Below are positions 1 to 9,569 of a stretch of 64,000 nucleotides of DNA, piece by piece. A program made the translations under genes and the position numbers. Location: positions 45,022-109,021 of the forward strand of contig JAMDDE010000076.1 in the NCBI GenBank assembly GCA_023489235.1, written 5' to 3'. Every line of letters starts with the position of its first letter. The stretch's first letter is position 1. This DNA comes from Actinomycetota bacterium. Lineage in GTDB: Bacteria > Actinomycetota > Acidimicrobiia > Acidimicrobiales > JAMDDE01. Below the pieces are notes generated by a model. That model ran no database searches, had not been told where the DNA came from, and saw only the letters and a list, made by a program, of their open reading frames with translations.

Positions 1-942
1 GCGCAATGTCCCTTGATCAATCCCACCTCTTCCCAGTGGAGAACGCCCTCTATGGGCTAGCACCAAGGGAGCTACCAGACGGACATCCTCCGGTGATACA
101 GTGCTCCTACCGTTCCAAGCAGCATGTGCCGCTGCTGCTCGGCAAATGACGATGTCCGGGCGCAGTCCTTCGACGCCCAGTGATGCGCAGAGGTAGCAGA
201 CCTGCCTGAACAAACCGTCATCTATAGTTGCTGGTCGACTACGTGCCAGCCTATCTCTCAACTCTCTAGTTTCAGTGGAGAACTGTTCTACGAACCGAAG
301 TGGGTCCTCGTCGAACTGTAGTCGTCTGCGCACTGCAATTGCCCTCTGTACAGGATCGGTTATAGCTTTTACCTCTACGGAGAGTCCGAATCGATCAACT
401 AGCTGAGGTCGAAGCTCTCCTTCCTCGGGATTCATGGAGCCAATGAGCACGAACCTTGCAGGATGCTCGAAGGAGATGCCCTCCCTTTCTACCCGATTGA
501 CTCCACTAGCTGCAACGTCTAGCAAAACGTTGACGAGATGATCGGGCAACAGATTTACCTCGTCAACGTAGAGTACGCCGTTATGAGCCATTTGAAGGAG
601 ACCGGGACGAAAGCGGTGTTCTTTCTCCACAAGTGCAGCTTGAATATCAACGCTGCCTATCACCCTATCCTCAGTGCTCCCGATGGGAAGCTCGACGAAT
701 CCAGCTCCGTGTGGCAGAAGATCAGCAAGACCCCTTGCCAAAGTGGTCTTGGCTGACCCCTTCTCTCCACGGAGCAACACACCGCCTATCAATGGGTCAA
801 TTGCCGACAGGATGAGAGCGGTCTTCAACTCATCCTGTCCTACGACGGCAGCGAAGGGAAAGACCGGTTCAGGGGCCGTTTCTTGTCCGACTGGGATGGC
901 TGGGATGGAACCATGGGCGTCCGACCTACTGGCAAGCTCCAT
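1..942 (-). CDS. Mg-chelatase-type AAA+ ATPase (ChlI/BchI-like; probable ChlI-ChlD type cobaltochelatase subunit). 5' part only; the gene runs off the left edge.
   Basis: Not in the ORF track because it is open-ended. My own minus-strand translation from ATG (942-940) reads MELASRSDAHGS..FPFAAVVGQDELKTALILSAIDPLIGGVLLRGEKGSAKTTLARGLADLL (Walker A), GVLYVDEVNLLPDHLVNVLLDVAASG (Walker B) and FVLIGSMNPEEGELRPQLVDRFGL. No stop occurs before position 1. The start overlaps the cobN stop by 1 nt (TGATG). Confidence 0.8.
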   Translation of the reverse strand, partial: MELASRSDAHGSIPAIPVGQETAPEPVFPFAAVVGQDELKTALILSAIDPLIGGVLLRGEKGSAKTTLARGLADLLPHGAGFVELPIGSTEDRVIGSVDIQAALVEKEHRFRPGLLQMAHNGVLYVDEVNLLPDHLVNVLLDVAASGVNRVEREGISFEHPARFVLIGSMNPEEGELRPQLVDRFGLSVEVKAITDPVQRAIAVRRRLQFDEDPLRFVEQFSTETRELRDRLARSRPATIDDGLFRQVCYLCASLGVEGLRPDIVICRAAAAHAAWNGRSTVSPEDVRLVAPLVLAHRGRSPLGRGGIDQGTLR

Positions 943-3900
943 CAACTCTCCTCCCAGCCTTCTACCTCGAGTACTGTATCCTTGAGCATAGCTACCCTAT
1001 CCGGCGAGGCGTTCCACATCCCTCTGGTTACAGCCTCCAGGAGACGTTCAGCTATGGCCTTGAGCGCCCAGGGATTCGAGTGCTTGAAGAATTCTCTGAC
1101 AGCAGGATCGTCGAGGTAGGCATGGGCCATTCCCTCATACATCCAGGGCGATGCTACCAAGGCAGTGGCGTCGTATCCGAAGAAATAATCGACCGTAGCG
1201 GATATCTCGAAGGCTCCTTTGTACCCATGCCTCATCATTGCTGCAATCCACTTCGGGTTGAGGGCCCTAGCCCGAATTACTCTAGCCGCCTCCTCCGTCA
1301 AGGGTCGAACTATGGGCTTGGATGGGTTCGAGGAATCCCCGAAGTACGCTTTTGGCTGTCTACCCGATAGCGCCCTCACTGCTGCGATCAGCCCTCCATG
1401 TTCCTGGAAGTAATCGTCCGAATCAAAGATGTCGTGTTCCCTGTTGTCTTGGTTCTTGGTTGCCACATCCGTGGACATGAGCCTGGAACGCAATTCCTCT
1501 GCTGCAGGAAGTACCTCCTGACTGCTTGTATACCCGTAGCTGCTCCACTCCAAGAAGACCTGGGCAAGGTCATCCGAGGTACCCCATTTGCCTGCATCTA
1601 TGACCGGCAGAAGACCGGATCCGTATGCTCCGGCCTTTGGACCGAAAACTCTCGGTCCAGCGTACCTACTGGCACGAACAAAGTTGTGCTCGTCATCCTC
1701 TTCGACAGACAGGACTAGCGCAGCTGCTTCATTCAACAAATCGACTACGTGAGGAAAGGCATCTCGGAAAAACCCTGAAATCCGTAGAGTAACGTCGATC
1801 CGTGGACGACCAAGCTCTGCAAGATCAATTAACTGTAAACCCTCAACCCGCCCAGAGCTCTCCGACCACACAGGAGAAACGCCCATCAAGGCCAAGGCCT
1901 CCGCAATATCGTCCCCGCCAGTACGCATGGCTGAGGTTCCCCACATCACCAAACCTACCGACCTAGGGAAGCGCCCTTCCTCGTCGAGGTAACGGGCTAC
2001 GAGTTCATTCGCTAACCTGCTCCCAACCTCGAAAGCAAACTTGGTAGGTATCGACCGTGGATCCACGGAATAGAAGTTCCTACCCGTCGGTAGCACATGC
2101 GCCATACCTCTGCTTGGAGAACCGCTTGGGCCTGGAGGCACGAACTGGCCTCCTACGGCTCTCAATAAGTTGGTTAGTTCCTCCGGAGTTTGATTCAAGG
2201 CAGGTACAACTACATTGCAGATGAAAGCAAGGGTCTCGTCGTCTCCCTGGTAGACCCAACCCTCTTTCTGTAGTTGGACAAGCTGTTCCCTACAGGCTTC
2301 CTCCAATCGATCGAGCTCGGCTCTCCCGGCCTGTTCCAAGGCAATGCCGATCCTCTGGGCTATCACCTCCCGGAGGGAGGGCTTACCTCCCAGACGAGAG
2401 CGTCCCATAGCTGCCAACAGGTCGATCTGGGCATCACCAGTTGGAGCTCTGCCGAGCACGTGAAGTCCGCCCCTGATTGTCTGGTCCTTGAGCTCGCATA
2501 TGTAACCGTCTACTGTACTGATTAGCTCGTCGAAAGCGCTCTCCTCGATCGAGGGGAGTGCTTTCCCAGACCTTCCTCGAGCATCGTCCACCTCTATACC
2601 AAGATCCGAGAGTATATGGCTGGCTACTATGGACTCCCGAATTTGCTGGCGAATGAGTGGCAGCTTGGAGGGATCCATGACCTGATAGTGAGCGTGGGCA
2701 TCCAAGAGGTCCTCGAGAACCTGCAACTGTCCGTAGCTGCCTGCTCGCGTCAAAGGTGGTATCAAATGGTCCACTATCACTGCATGAGCTCTTCGCTTCG
2801 CCTGAGTGCCCTCTCCAGGATCGTTGACGATGAACGGATAGACGAGCGGCATCTCTCCCAAGGCAATGTCGGGATAGCACGACGAAGACAATCCCACTGC
2901 TTTCCCTGGCAACCATTCTAGAGATCCGTGCTTGCCTAGATGAATGAGGACATCAGCCTTCCATACGCTGTCCAACCAACGGTAGAAGGCAATGTAGTGA
3001 TGAGGAGGATCCAGGTCCTGTGCATGGTAGATGGCTATGGGGTCCTCTCCAAAGCCACGGGGTGGCTGTACTGCTATGAGCACTCCTCCAAGATCTATCC
3101 CAGGGAAGAGCAACTCCTTTCGAGAAGCTGCACCCTGGTCATATGCAGGGGCATCGGCAGCGTAGAAATTGCCAAAGGGCTCTTCGCTTGATTGGTCAAC
3201 GTATACATCTCCAGGGGGTGGTCCCCACCTGAGCTGCAGTTTCGACTGGACAGAGGAGGGCATGCGAGCGAAGGCTTTTTCTGTGTACTCCTCCCCTGGC
3301 CAGCGACCTGCAACCCTCTCAGCTTGCTCGGGACTCAGACTGTCTTTGTCATAACAGAGTCCAGCAGCTAGCTCCGCCATCAATGCATCTCCGCTCTTTG
3401 GCTTACGGTCCAAGCGGTAACCGGCTTCATCCAGCGCATCGAGGACGGCCATGATCGATGCGGGGGTATCCAAACCGACGGCGTTCCCAATTCGGGAACG
3501 CTTCGTGGGATAAGCAGACAGGACGATGGCCACACGACGTTCGGAGGGGTGCTTGCGTGACAGTGTAGCTAATCTAGCCACCAACCCAGCCAAGGCCCGA
3601 AGACGATCTGGTAGGGAACGATAAGCAGTAACACCCACTCCACCAGGATCGGAGATGTCGACAACCTCTTTGAAGGCAACAGGAACGGAGATGATACGAC
3701 CGTCCAACTCAGGGAGGGCGACTGCCATGACCACGTCCAACGGTGACAATCCGTTGGACGACCTCTCCCAAGCTCTAAAGGAATCAGTGACCACTAGAGC
3801 CTGCACTACTGGAACACCGAGCCTTCCCAAACTGGCGGTATCCTCAAATGTCTCCTCCTCTTCAAACTTTGCAGCGGTGAGCACAGTGGTCACCACCACA

Positions 3901-4697
3901 GCGGGAGAAAGAGAGGCCAAGAGATCCACTACCGTTACATTGCTTTCCTCTGAGGAAGGGAGATCCTCGGAGGAAAGCAGGGACTCCTTGAGTGGCCGAA
4001 GCGAGTAACAGTACACACAGGCTACGTCCAACCCCCTTGCGACAAGCGCTTCTTTTAGCTCATCCACGAACCAGGTGTTGCCGGAGAGATAGTGGGCACG
4101 GTAAAACAACACTACTGCCATCGGTCGGTCTTCATGACGACTAACCTCCCCGTAGAGTCCAAAAGCTGGGACTGCAATAGGGGACTTGTATTGTAGAGGC
4201 AAACCTACAAGCTCAGCTAACAAGTACCGGAGCAGGTTCTCCACATTCTCTCTGCCCCCTTGAGCAATGTAGTTGAAAGCTTGCTCATACAAAGAACGTT
4301 CAACCGTAGAGATTGCTGCCAACGAGGTATCCATGACCGCTTCACCATTAAAAACCAAGAGGTGGGCGTGGAGATCTATACAACGCCGACGGAGATCCAA
4401 CAGTCCCTTCTGCCAGGACGACTCTCCTCCCAGGAGTCTGAGGATCACGATACCTCCATTCGGCGGATTGAATGCCGGAAAGTCTCCCTCGACCTTCCTC
4501 ATCTCAATTGGCGGGAAACCACCCTCTACTCCTTCGGCAACTATCCGCAGAGTGAGCAAATCAGAGTCGATATTGGAAAGAAAGACAATGCTCGAACCAA
4601 GACCTTGACCGCTGTTCGGTAGGGATTGACTCCTGTTCGGTAGGGAGTCCTCAGACACGCTCGCCCATCCTCTCTGCTTCAGTGATGATCCTTTCAA
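942..4697 (-). CDS. cobN: Cobaltochelatase large subunit CobN
   Basis: 1251-aa ORF of CobN/Mg-chelatase H size. It has the N-terminal IVFLSNIDSDLL-type motif, sits in the cob operon and is followed by the ChlI-like ATPase. The track start at 4697 is TTG and overlaps cobQ by 47 nt. A GTG at 4658 (GTGTCTGA overlap with the cobQ stop) is an equally plausible start. Confidence 0.93.
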   Translation of the reverse strand: MKGSSLKQRGWASVSEDSLPNRSQSLPNSGQGLGSSIVFLSNIDSDLLTLRIVAEGVEGGFPPIEMRKVEGDFPAFNPPNGGIVILRLLGGESSWQKGLLDLRRRCIDLHAHLLVFNGEAVMDTSLAAISTVERSLYEQAFNYIAQGGRENVENLLRYLLAELVGLPLQYKSPIAVPAFGLYGEVSRHEDRPMAVVLFYRAHYLSGNTWFVDELKEALVARGLDVACVYCYSLRPLKESLLSSEDLPSSEESNVTVVDLLASLSPAVVVTTVLTAAKFEEEETFEDTASLGRLGVPVVQALVVTDSFRAWERSSNGLSPLDVVMAVALPELDGRIISVPVAFKEVVDISDPGGVGVTAYRSLPDRLRALAGLVARLATLSRKHPSERRVAIVLSAYPTKRSRIGNAVGLDTPASIMAVLDALDEAGYRLDRKPKSGDALMAELAAGLCYDKDSLSPEQAERVAGRWPGEEYTEKAFARMPSSVQSKLQLRWGPPPGDVYVDQSSEEPFGNFYAADAPAYDQGAASRKELLFPGIDLGGVLIAVQPPRGFGEDPIAIYHAQDLDPPHHYIAFYRWLDSVWKADVLIHLGKHGSLEWLPGKAVGLSSSCYPDIALGEMPLVYPFIVNDPGEGTQAKRRAHAVIVDHLIPPLTRAGSYGQLQVLEDLLDAHAHYQVMDPSKLPLIRQQIRESIVASHILSDLGIEVDDARGRSGKALPSIEESAFDELISTVDGYICELKDQTIRGGLHVLGRAPTGDAQIDLLAAMGRSRLGGKPSLREVIAQRIGIALEQAGRAELDRLEEACREQLVQLQKEGWVYQGDDETLAFICNVVVPALNQTPEELTNLLRAVGGQFVPPGPSGSPSRGMAHVLPTGRNFYSVDPRSIPTKFAFEVGSRLANELVARYLDEEGRFPRSVGLVMWGTSAMRTGGDDIAEALALMGVSPVWSESSGRVEGLQLIDLAELGRPRIDVTLRISGFFRDAFPHVVDLLNEAAALVLSVEEDDEHNFVRASRYAGPRVFGPKAGAYGSGLLPVIDAGKWGTSDDLAQVFLEWSSYGYTSSQEVLPAAEELRSRLMSTDVATKNQDNREHDIFDSDDYFQEHGGLIAAVRALSGRQPKAYFGDSSNPSKPIVRPLTEEAARVIRARALNPKWIAAMMRHGYKGAFEISATVDYFFGYDATALVASPWMYEGMAHAYLDDPAVREFFKHSNPWALKAIAERLLEAVTRGMWNASPDRVAMLKDTVLEVEGWEES

Positions 4698-6186
4698 GAA
4701 GGGCGAAATCGAGCTGGGAATCGAGGAGATCAGCCATTACATCTGCTTGTCCAATTCGTTCCTCGGCAAAGGAAGTGCTGCCTCCTCGAAAGCTTCTTCC
4801 TCGCCTGGAGGCAACTTCAGCTAGAAAGCAACGACGAAAATCATCTTGATCAAACAGGCCGTGCAAGTTGGTCCCATAGATGGCTCGTTCATGAACAGCA
4901 ATCCCCTCTCCACCTGAACCGTATCGATCATGAAGAACGGCAAATGGCTCCAAGGATACCAATGGGCGCACTATCCCGTGATGGATCTCGTACCCCTCTA
5001 TTGATTTCCCCAACGCCAATCCCTTTCTTTGCCTCACCACTTTCTCTGCTTGGAAGGTAGTAGTAGCATCCAACAATCCCAACCCTTCCACATGAACTTC
5101 CCCGTCTCCATTCTCCACTCGATCATGAATCTCCTTGCCTAAGATTTGATACCCTCCACAGATACCCAAAAGCGTTGTCCTGTTACCCGGTGCAGACAGC
5201 AATCCGTGAATTACTTGGTCAAGTCCGGTATCCCTCAGCCATCCAAGATCGGATACCGTCGACTTCGTCCCCGGTAGTATCAGGAGGTCTGGCATGCCCA
5301 GGGATGCTGGATGGGATACCAAACGAACGTGCACCTCTGGTTCTATGAACAAAGCATCGAAATCAGTGAAGTTGGATATATGAGGAAAGTTGATTACGGC
5401 TACATCTAGAAAACCATCCGGCAACTCAATCGCCTGCTGCTTTCGGTTCCACGCAAATGCATCCTTCAGAACCAACGAGTCTTCACCGTCCATGTACAGT
5501 CCGTGCAGGTAAGGTAGGACTGCCACAGTGGGAATTCCTGTCCGTAGCTCTAGCTCTTCCAGTCCATTGCCCAGAAGTGTTGGATCCCCCCTTAGCTTGT
5601 TGATGATGAACCCTCGTACGCCCGAGCGAAGAGATTCAGGCAGTAATGCAACCGTGCCGTAGAGGGAGGCAAATACCCCACCTCGATCAATGTCACCTAC
5701 GATCAGAGAAGCAAGTCCGGCCTCCGCTGCGAGGCGCAGATTGACGATATCCGAATCGAGGAGATTTATTTCCGCGGGACTTCCCGCTCCCTCGCAGATG
5801 ACTACATCGAATCGCTGCCTCAAGTCGGCAAGGGCATTTCTTACCTGTCCAAATAGGGATTGCTTCATAGCATGGTAGCTAGCCGCATCGAAATGCCCAA
5901 TTGCCTTTCCCATCACGATCACTTGAGAGGTACGCTCACTCGTAGGCTTGAGCAATACAGGATTCATCGTCACCTCTGGCTCCACTCCGGCGGCCAATGC
6001 TTGAGCTGCCTGGGCGCGTCCTATCTCTCCTCCGCTAGGAGTGACATAGGAGTTGAGCGCCATGTTCTGAGCCTTGAACGGTGCGACTGACACTCCACGC
6101 CTTGCCAGAAGCCTGCACAGTCCAGCGACTATCTGGCTCTTGCCGACATTGCTGCCAGTCCCAGCGATCATCACCCCGCCTCTCAT
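4651..6186 (-). CDS. cobQ: Cobyric acid synthase CobQ/CbiP
   Basis: MRGGVMIAGTGSNVGKSQIVAGLCRLL is the P-loop-like CobQ N-terminus. The C-terminal glutamine amidotransferase region contains GICGGYQILG. I moved the start to the internal ATG at 6186, which forms a 4-nt overlap with the cobD stop. The track ORF extends to 6291. Confidence 0.9.
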   Translation of the reverse strand: MRGGVMIAGTGSNVGKSQIVAGLCRLLARRGVSVAPFKAQNMALNSYVTPSGGEIGRAQAAQALAAGVEPEVTMNPVLLKPTSERTSQVIVMGKAIGHFDAASYHAMKQSLFGQVRNALADLRQRFDVVICEGAGSPAEINLLDSDIVNLRLAAEAGLASLIVGDIDRGGVFASLYGTVALLPESLRSGVRGFIINKLRGDPTLLGNGLEELELRTGIPTVAVLPYLHGLYMDGEDSLVLKDAFAWNRKQQAIELPDGFLDVAVINFPHISNFTDFDALFIEPEVHVRLVSHPASLGMPDLLILPGTKSTVSDLGWLRDTGLDQVIHGLLSAPGNRTTLLGICGGYQILGKEIHDRVENGDGEVHVEGLGLLDATTTFQAEKVVRQRKGLALGKSIEGYEIHHGIVRPLVSLEPFAVLHDRYGSGGEGIAVHERAIYGTNLHGLFDQDDFRRCFLAEVASRRGRSFRGGSTSFAEERIGQADVMADLLDSQLDFALLERIITEAERMGERV

Positions 6187-7169
6187 ACTGGATCGACCCC
6201 ATCCAGATCTTCGAGTTGGCTGCTCATCAGGTCCAGTGCTGAAGCAAGCCTCTCCAGGCCGTTCCAGTCCGGAACTGCTATACGCAACCATGACGGCATC
6301 CCGAAACTGGTGCAGTCCCGAACCATGATGCCCTGCATGGCAAGACCTTCACGTAGCCCTGCAACTTTCTTCACGACTATGTAGTTGGCGTCGGAGGGCT
6401 GAACCGAAAGGCCATGCGAGACAAGCAACCGAGTCATTTCAGCGCGGACGGTTGCTATTGCATGTGTCCATTCCTCCAACTCAGCTTGGTCGAGCAACTC
6501 AGGTAGGATAGAGAGGGCCAAGCTGTTGACTGACCACTGAGGTTGTTTTTTGAACAGCCTTCTCACCATCTCCTCCTCGGGGGCTATTAAGTAGCCAATC
6601 CGCAGTCCAGGACAGGCAAACACTTTGGTAAGCGAGCCAACCACCACTGCCCCTTTGTCCGCATCTCCTCGAGTCCATTTGCCGGTAGCTAGTGGGTAGA
6701 ATGCTTCGTCCCACAGGTAGGCAGATGCATTGGGAGGAGCTAGTCGTCCAGTTGGATTATTGGGGTTGGAGCGGAACAATGGAGCCCCGGGCACCACCTT
6801 TTCCAGATGACGCTCATACAAAGAGAACTCTGGCTGTTGCACATCCCCAATCTCCAGTTCTTGGGCCACTAATGCTATTGCTTCAGCTCCACCATTGGTG
6901 AGCAAGACCCTTTCTTCGTCCACTCCCATGACTTGGGCCAAGCGATGCACCGCCATAGTGCTTATAGTGGCGTCCGGGTAAGACTTCACGCTATCCAGGT
7001 GCTTCGACAACAAAACAGCCACATCTGGAGCAAAGGGGTTGAGACTAGCGGAGAGGTCGAGTACCGTCATTGGATCTATTCCCAGATATGAAGCAAGCAT
7101 TTTCCCGTCTCCTCCATGCTCCTGGACGGGCAACAGCACAGACGCATACTTGGAGATGTTGCGTATCAA
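6183..7169 (-). CDS. cobD: L-threonine-O-3-phosphate decarboxylase (CobD/CobC, class I/II aminotransferase fold)
   Basis: HGGD near the N-terminus, SNPNNPTG, a PLP-Lys context SLTKVFACPGLRIGY, and position between cbiB and cobQ. Confidence 0.8.
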   Translation of the reverse strand: MIRNISKYASVLLPVQEHGGDGKMLASYLGIDPMTVLDLSASLNPFAPDVAVLLSKHLDSVKSYPDATISTMAVHRLAQVMGVDEERVLLTNGGAEAIALVAQELEIGDVQQPEFSLYERHLEKVVPGAPLFRSNPNNPTGRLAPPNASAYLWDEAFYPLATGKWTRGDADKGAVVVGSLTKVFACPGLRIGYLIAPEEEMVRRLFKKQPQWSVNSLALSILPELLDQAELEEWTHAIATVRAEMTRLLVSHGLSVQPSDANYIVVKKVAGLREGLAMQGIMVRDCTSFGMPSWLRIAVPDWNGLERLASALDLMSSQLEDLDGVDPV

Positions 7170-8074
7170 CGAGCAATCCTCCTTCTCACGGAGAACAAAC
7201 CATGAACGAAGAGGATGAGGGCGCTATATGCCAAGGTAACTTCGTCAAGAACCTTGACCGCTGCTTCGATATCTTGTATCTCCACAGTCCTTCCGCGACC
7301 CATCAATGGTCTATGCTCCTCGACTCCTTGGTAGTAGTTGAGGCCACCAAGTCTTACCCCCAAGACGCTAGCGAATGCTGCCTCGACCACTCCTGCATTG
7401 GGTGATGGATGAGCAGGTGCAAACTCACGCACCCCTTCCCATACGGCCCATGCCGAACTCGGTCTCACTAGAGCTACCAGCAGTGCGGTCAAACGAGCCG
7501 GCACGAAGTTGCACACATCATCCAACTTGGCACTTGCCCATCCAAACCGCTTATATCTGTCGTTTTTGTAGCCAACCATCGCATCCATGGTATTGACGGC
7601 ACGATAGAAAGCCGTCCCTACAGCTCCGCCGATCATTGACCAAAAACCGGGAGCTACAACCGCATCCACTGTATTCTCCGCCACCGATTCCACGACTGCC
7701 CTGATGATCCCTTCCTCGTCGAGTCCGTCAACATCCCGGCCCACCAACGAAAGAAGATGTCTCCTTGCCGTTGCCGGATCCCCTCGTTCCAGGTCTTCTT
7801 GGATCGTCATTGCTGCCTTGCGCAAGGCGTGACCACCGCAGCTGAGGTAGGTCATGGTTACATTCGAACGAGCAATGCGCCCAGCTAATCCACCCAAAGC
7901 AGCTCCCAACACGGTATAGATGAGCCCTCTTAGACGAGAGTCGTCGAAGATCAGCCGTTCGATGAACATCATGATTCGTCCGTAGGCTACAAGAGGATGG
8001 ATACGCTCCGGTGGTTCGGGCAGGAGTCTGTCCGCCAACATACCCAACACTGCAGAGGTCATGCTCATCGCCAA
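7166..8074 (-). CDS. cbiB: Adenosylcobinamide-phosphate synthase CbiB
   Basis: 302-aa membrane protein with IHPLVAYGR near the N-terminus and cob operon context. It overlaps both neighbouring genes by a few nt. Confidence 0.88.
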   Translation of the reverse strand: MAMSMTSAVLGMLADRLLPEPPERIHPLVAYGRIMMFIERLIFDDSRLRGLIYTVLGAALGGLAGRIARSNVTMTYLSCGGHALRKAAMTIQEDLERGDPATARRHLLSLVGRDVDGLDEEGIIRAVVESVAENTVDAVVAPGFWSMIGGAVGTAFYRAVNTMDAMVGYKNDRYKRFGWASAKLDDVCNFVPARLTALLVALVRPSSAWAVWEGVREFAPAHPSPNAGVVEAAFASVLGVRLGGLNYYQGVEEHRPLMGRGRTVEIQDIEAAVKVLDEVTLAYSALILFVHGLFSVRRRIAR

Positions 8075-8781
8075 TGTGCTCCCGCCAGCAAAAGCCCTAC
8101 GGTTTCAGCTACAACAGCGCCTGCTCCAAGAACATCGCCAGTGAAGCCACCAATTCGTCTTATAGAGAACAACTGTACGATAGCATAGATGCATATGACA
8201 GAGCCTATGACGATAACCCCTCTCTCTGGCTGCCATAGCAGTCCAAAAGCACCTGCAAGAACAATTCCGTAGACGACCAAGATCAAGTTGGCCCGCCGGG
8301 AAAGCCCTATGAGCTTGGAAACCATGCCACCTTGCGTTCGAGCATAGGGCACAGCGCTTACCCCTCCAGCCATGCAGGTCCTGGAAGCCACCCATATGCC
8401 AGCGATCAAGAACGGAGCGGGGGTCAACATGCTGAGTGCGATCCATCTGAACAAAATCGTCATTACGCCTGCCGCTACTCCAAAGGCTCCTGATCTGGCA
8501 TCGGCCATTATGCTCAGGCGTTGCTCGGGGCTGACAGAGCTCAACAAGCCATCAGCAGCATCGACCACTCCGTCGAAGTGCAGCATTCCCGTAAGGAAGA
8601 GGTCGACAAGAACGGCTATCCCCCCAGCAAGCAAAGGGGACCATATGTGGGCAGCTAACCACCAGCTCCCCCCCACTGCCAGACCTAGTACCGTACCAAC
8701 TACAGGAAACCACCAGAGAGCTGATGGCGATGGTTCTTTCCCGGTTCCAAGCAGGCTGAGTAGAGAAAACGCTTCAAGCAT
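8065..8781 (-). CDS. cobS: Adenosylcobinamide-GDP ribazoletransferase (cobalamin synthase)
   Basis: 238-aa polytopic membrane protein with HFDGVVDAADGL and GGFTGDVLGA motifs typical of CobS/CobV. Confidence 0.88.
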   Translation of the reverse strand: MLEAFSLLSLLGTGKEPSPSALWWFPVVGTVLGLAVGGSWWLAAHIWSPLLAGGIAVLVDLFLTGMLHFDGVVDAADGLLSSVSPEQRLSIMADARSGAFGVAAGVMTILFRWIALSMLTPAPFLIAGIWVASRTCMAGGVSAVPYARTQGGMVSKLIGLSRRANLILVVYGIVLAGAFGLLWQPERGVIVIGSVICIYAIVQLFSIRRIGGFTGDVLGAGAVVAETVGLLLAGAHWR

Positions 8782-8783
8782 GG

Positions 8784-9362
8784 TTAGCGATGCTCAAGTC
8801 GATCCAGCTCATCTGGAGAAGGTTGAACTGCAGGATTGGGTACAGACAGATCAATTGCTCGACCAGCTATAGTGAAGAATACGTGCTCGGCAATGTCTGC
8901 CAATGCTTGGTTGAGCTCGCCCAAGATCTTCTGGAACCGTCTTCCTGCCGATGTGGTTGGATGAACGGACATACCCACTTCTTCGCTCACCAGCACCGTC
9001 GGCCATCTTCTCGCTTGCAGTGTCGCACCAAGTCGTTCCGACACCTTGTCCAAGTTATCCAGTCTGGCAAGCCAACTACCTACCGAATCCACCATGGCTA
9101 TTTGTTCGGTGTCGAACAGTACGTCATACAAGGTAGAGGGATCTATCAGTTCAACGGTTCGCCAGTTGCTCGGTCGACGTGCTTGATGTGCCTCCACCCT
9201 AGCCAACCACTCGTCATCGCCATAGGTGGATCCTTGTGGTAGTCCAGTAGCTATGTAGCTCACGCCACAGTGCAACTCATCATCGAGTTCGGTAACGAAC
9301 TTTTCTGCCAGTACTGATTTACCCGAGCTTGCCCCACCGAGCACAAGTATGCACCTACTCAT
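8784..9362 (-). CDS. cobU: Bifunctional adenosylcobinamide kinase / cobinamide-phosphate guanylyltransferase
   Basis: The N-terminal P-loop VLGGASSGKS, a size of 192 aa, and position as first gene after the B12 riboswitch. Confidence 0.88.
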   Translation of the reverse strand: MSRCILVLGGASSGKSVLAEKFVTELDDELHCGVSYIATGLPQGSTYGDDEWLARVEAHQARRPSNWRTVELIDPSTLYDVLFDTEQIAMVDSVGSWLARLDNLDKVSERLGATLQARRWPTVLVSEEVGMSVHPTTSAGRRFQKILGELNQALADIAEHVFFTIAGRAIDLSVPNPAVQPSPDELDRLEHR

Positions 9363-9371
9363 TGGGTGTTC

Positions 9372-9565
9372 CTTCGACGTCCACGCGTCACCTCCTCATC
9401 TGCCGCCTCAGCGACTTGGAACAGGCAGGTTTCCTGGCTTCCGGATCAAAGTTCTCCTCTACCTTCCAGCCACGCACGGTTGGCCGTGGTCATGCTGAGG
9501 TGACTCCCCGGTGACAGTTGCGGGACAGCCCCGGATTCTCACCGGGTTCCCTGCTCTGCTCTGTC
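9372..9565 (-). promoter_or_regulatory. Cobalamin (B12) riboswitch controlling the cobU-cobN operon
   Basis: The reverse complement of 9507-9552 reads GGGAACCCGGTGAGAATCCGGGGCTGTCCCGCAACTGTCACCGG, the conserved core. The reverse complement of 9424-9439 reads AGCCAGGAAACCTGCC, the B12 box. It lies directly upstream of cobU on the same strand. Confidence 0.88.
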
Positions 9566-9569
9566 CAAC

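Noticed and set aside
2434-2916. Numerous 60-200-aa ORFs antisense to or out of frame with long genes, for example 2434-2916, 8372-8872, 13553-14077, 23037-23633, 25649-26116, 38860-39324 and 58219-58758.
   Set aside because: These are shadow ORFs inside strongly supported CDS. Their composition is low-complexity and Arg/Ser/Pro-rich, typical of off-frame translation, with no motifs.
4611-4650. Direct 14-bp repeat TCCCTACCGAACAG x2 (minus strand) just after the cobQ stop.
   Set aside because: It probably lies within the cobN N-terminal coding region, encoding SLPNRSQSLPNSGQ. It is too short to interpret and is noted only as a minor repeat.
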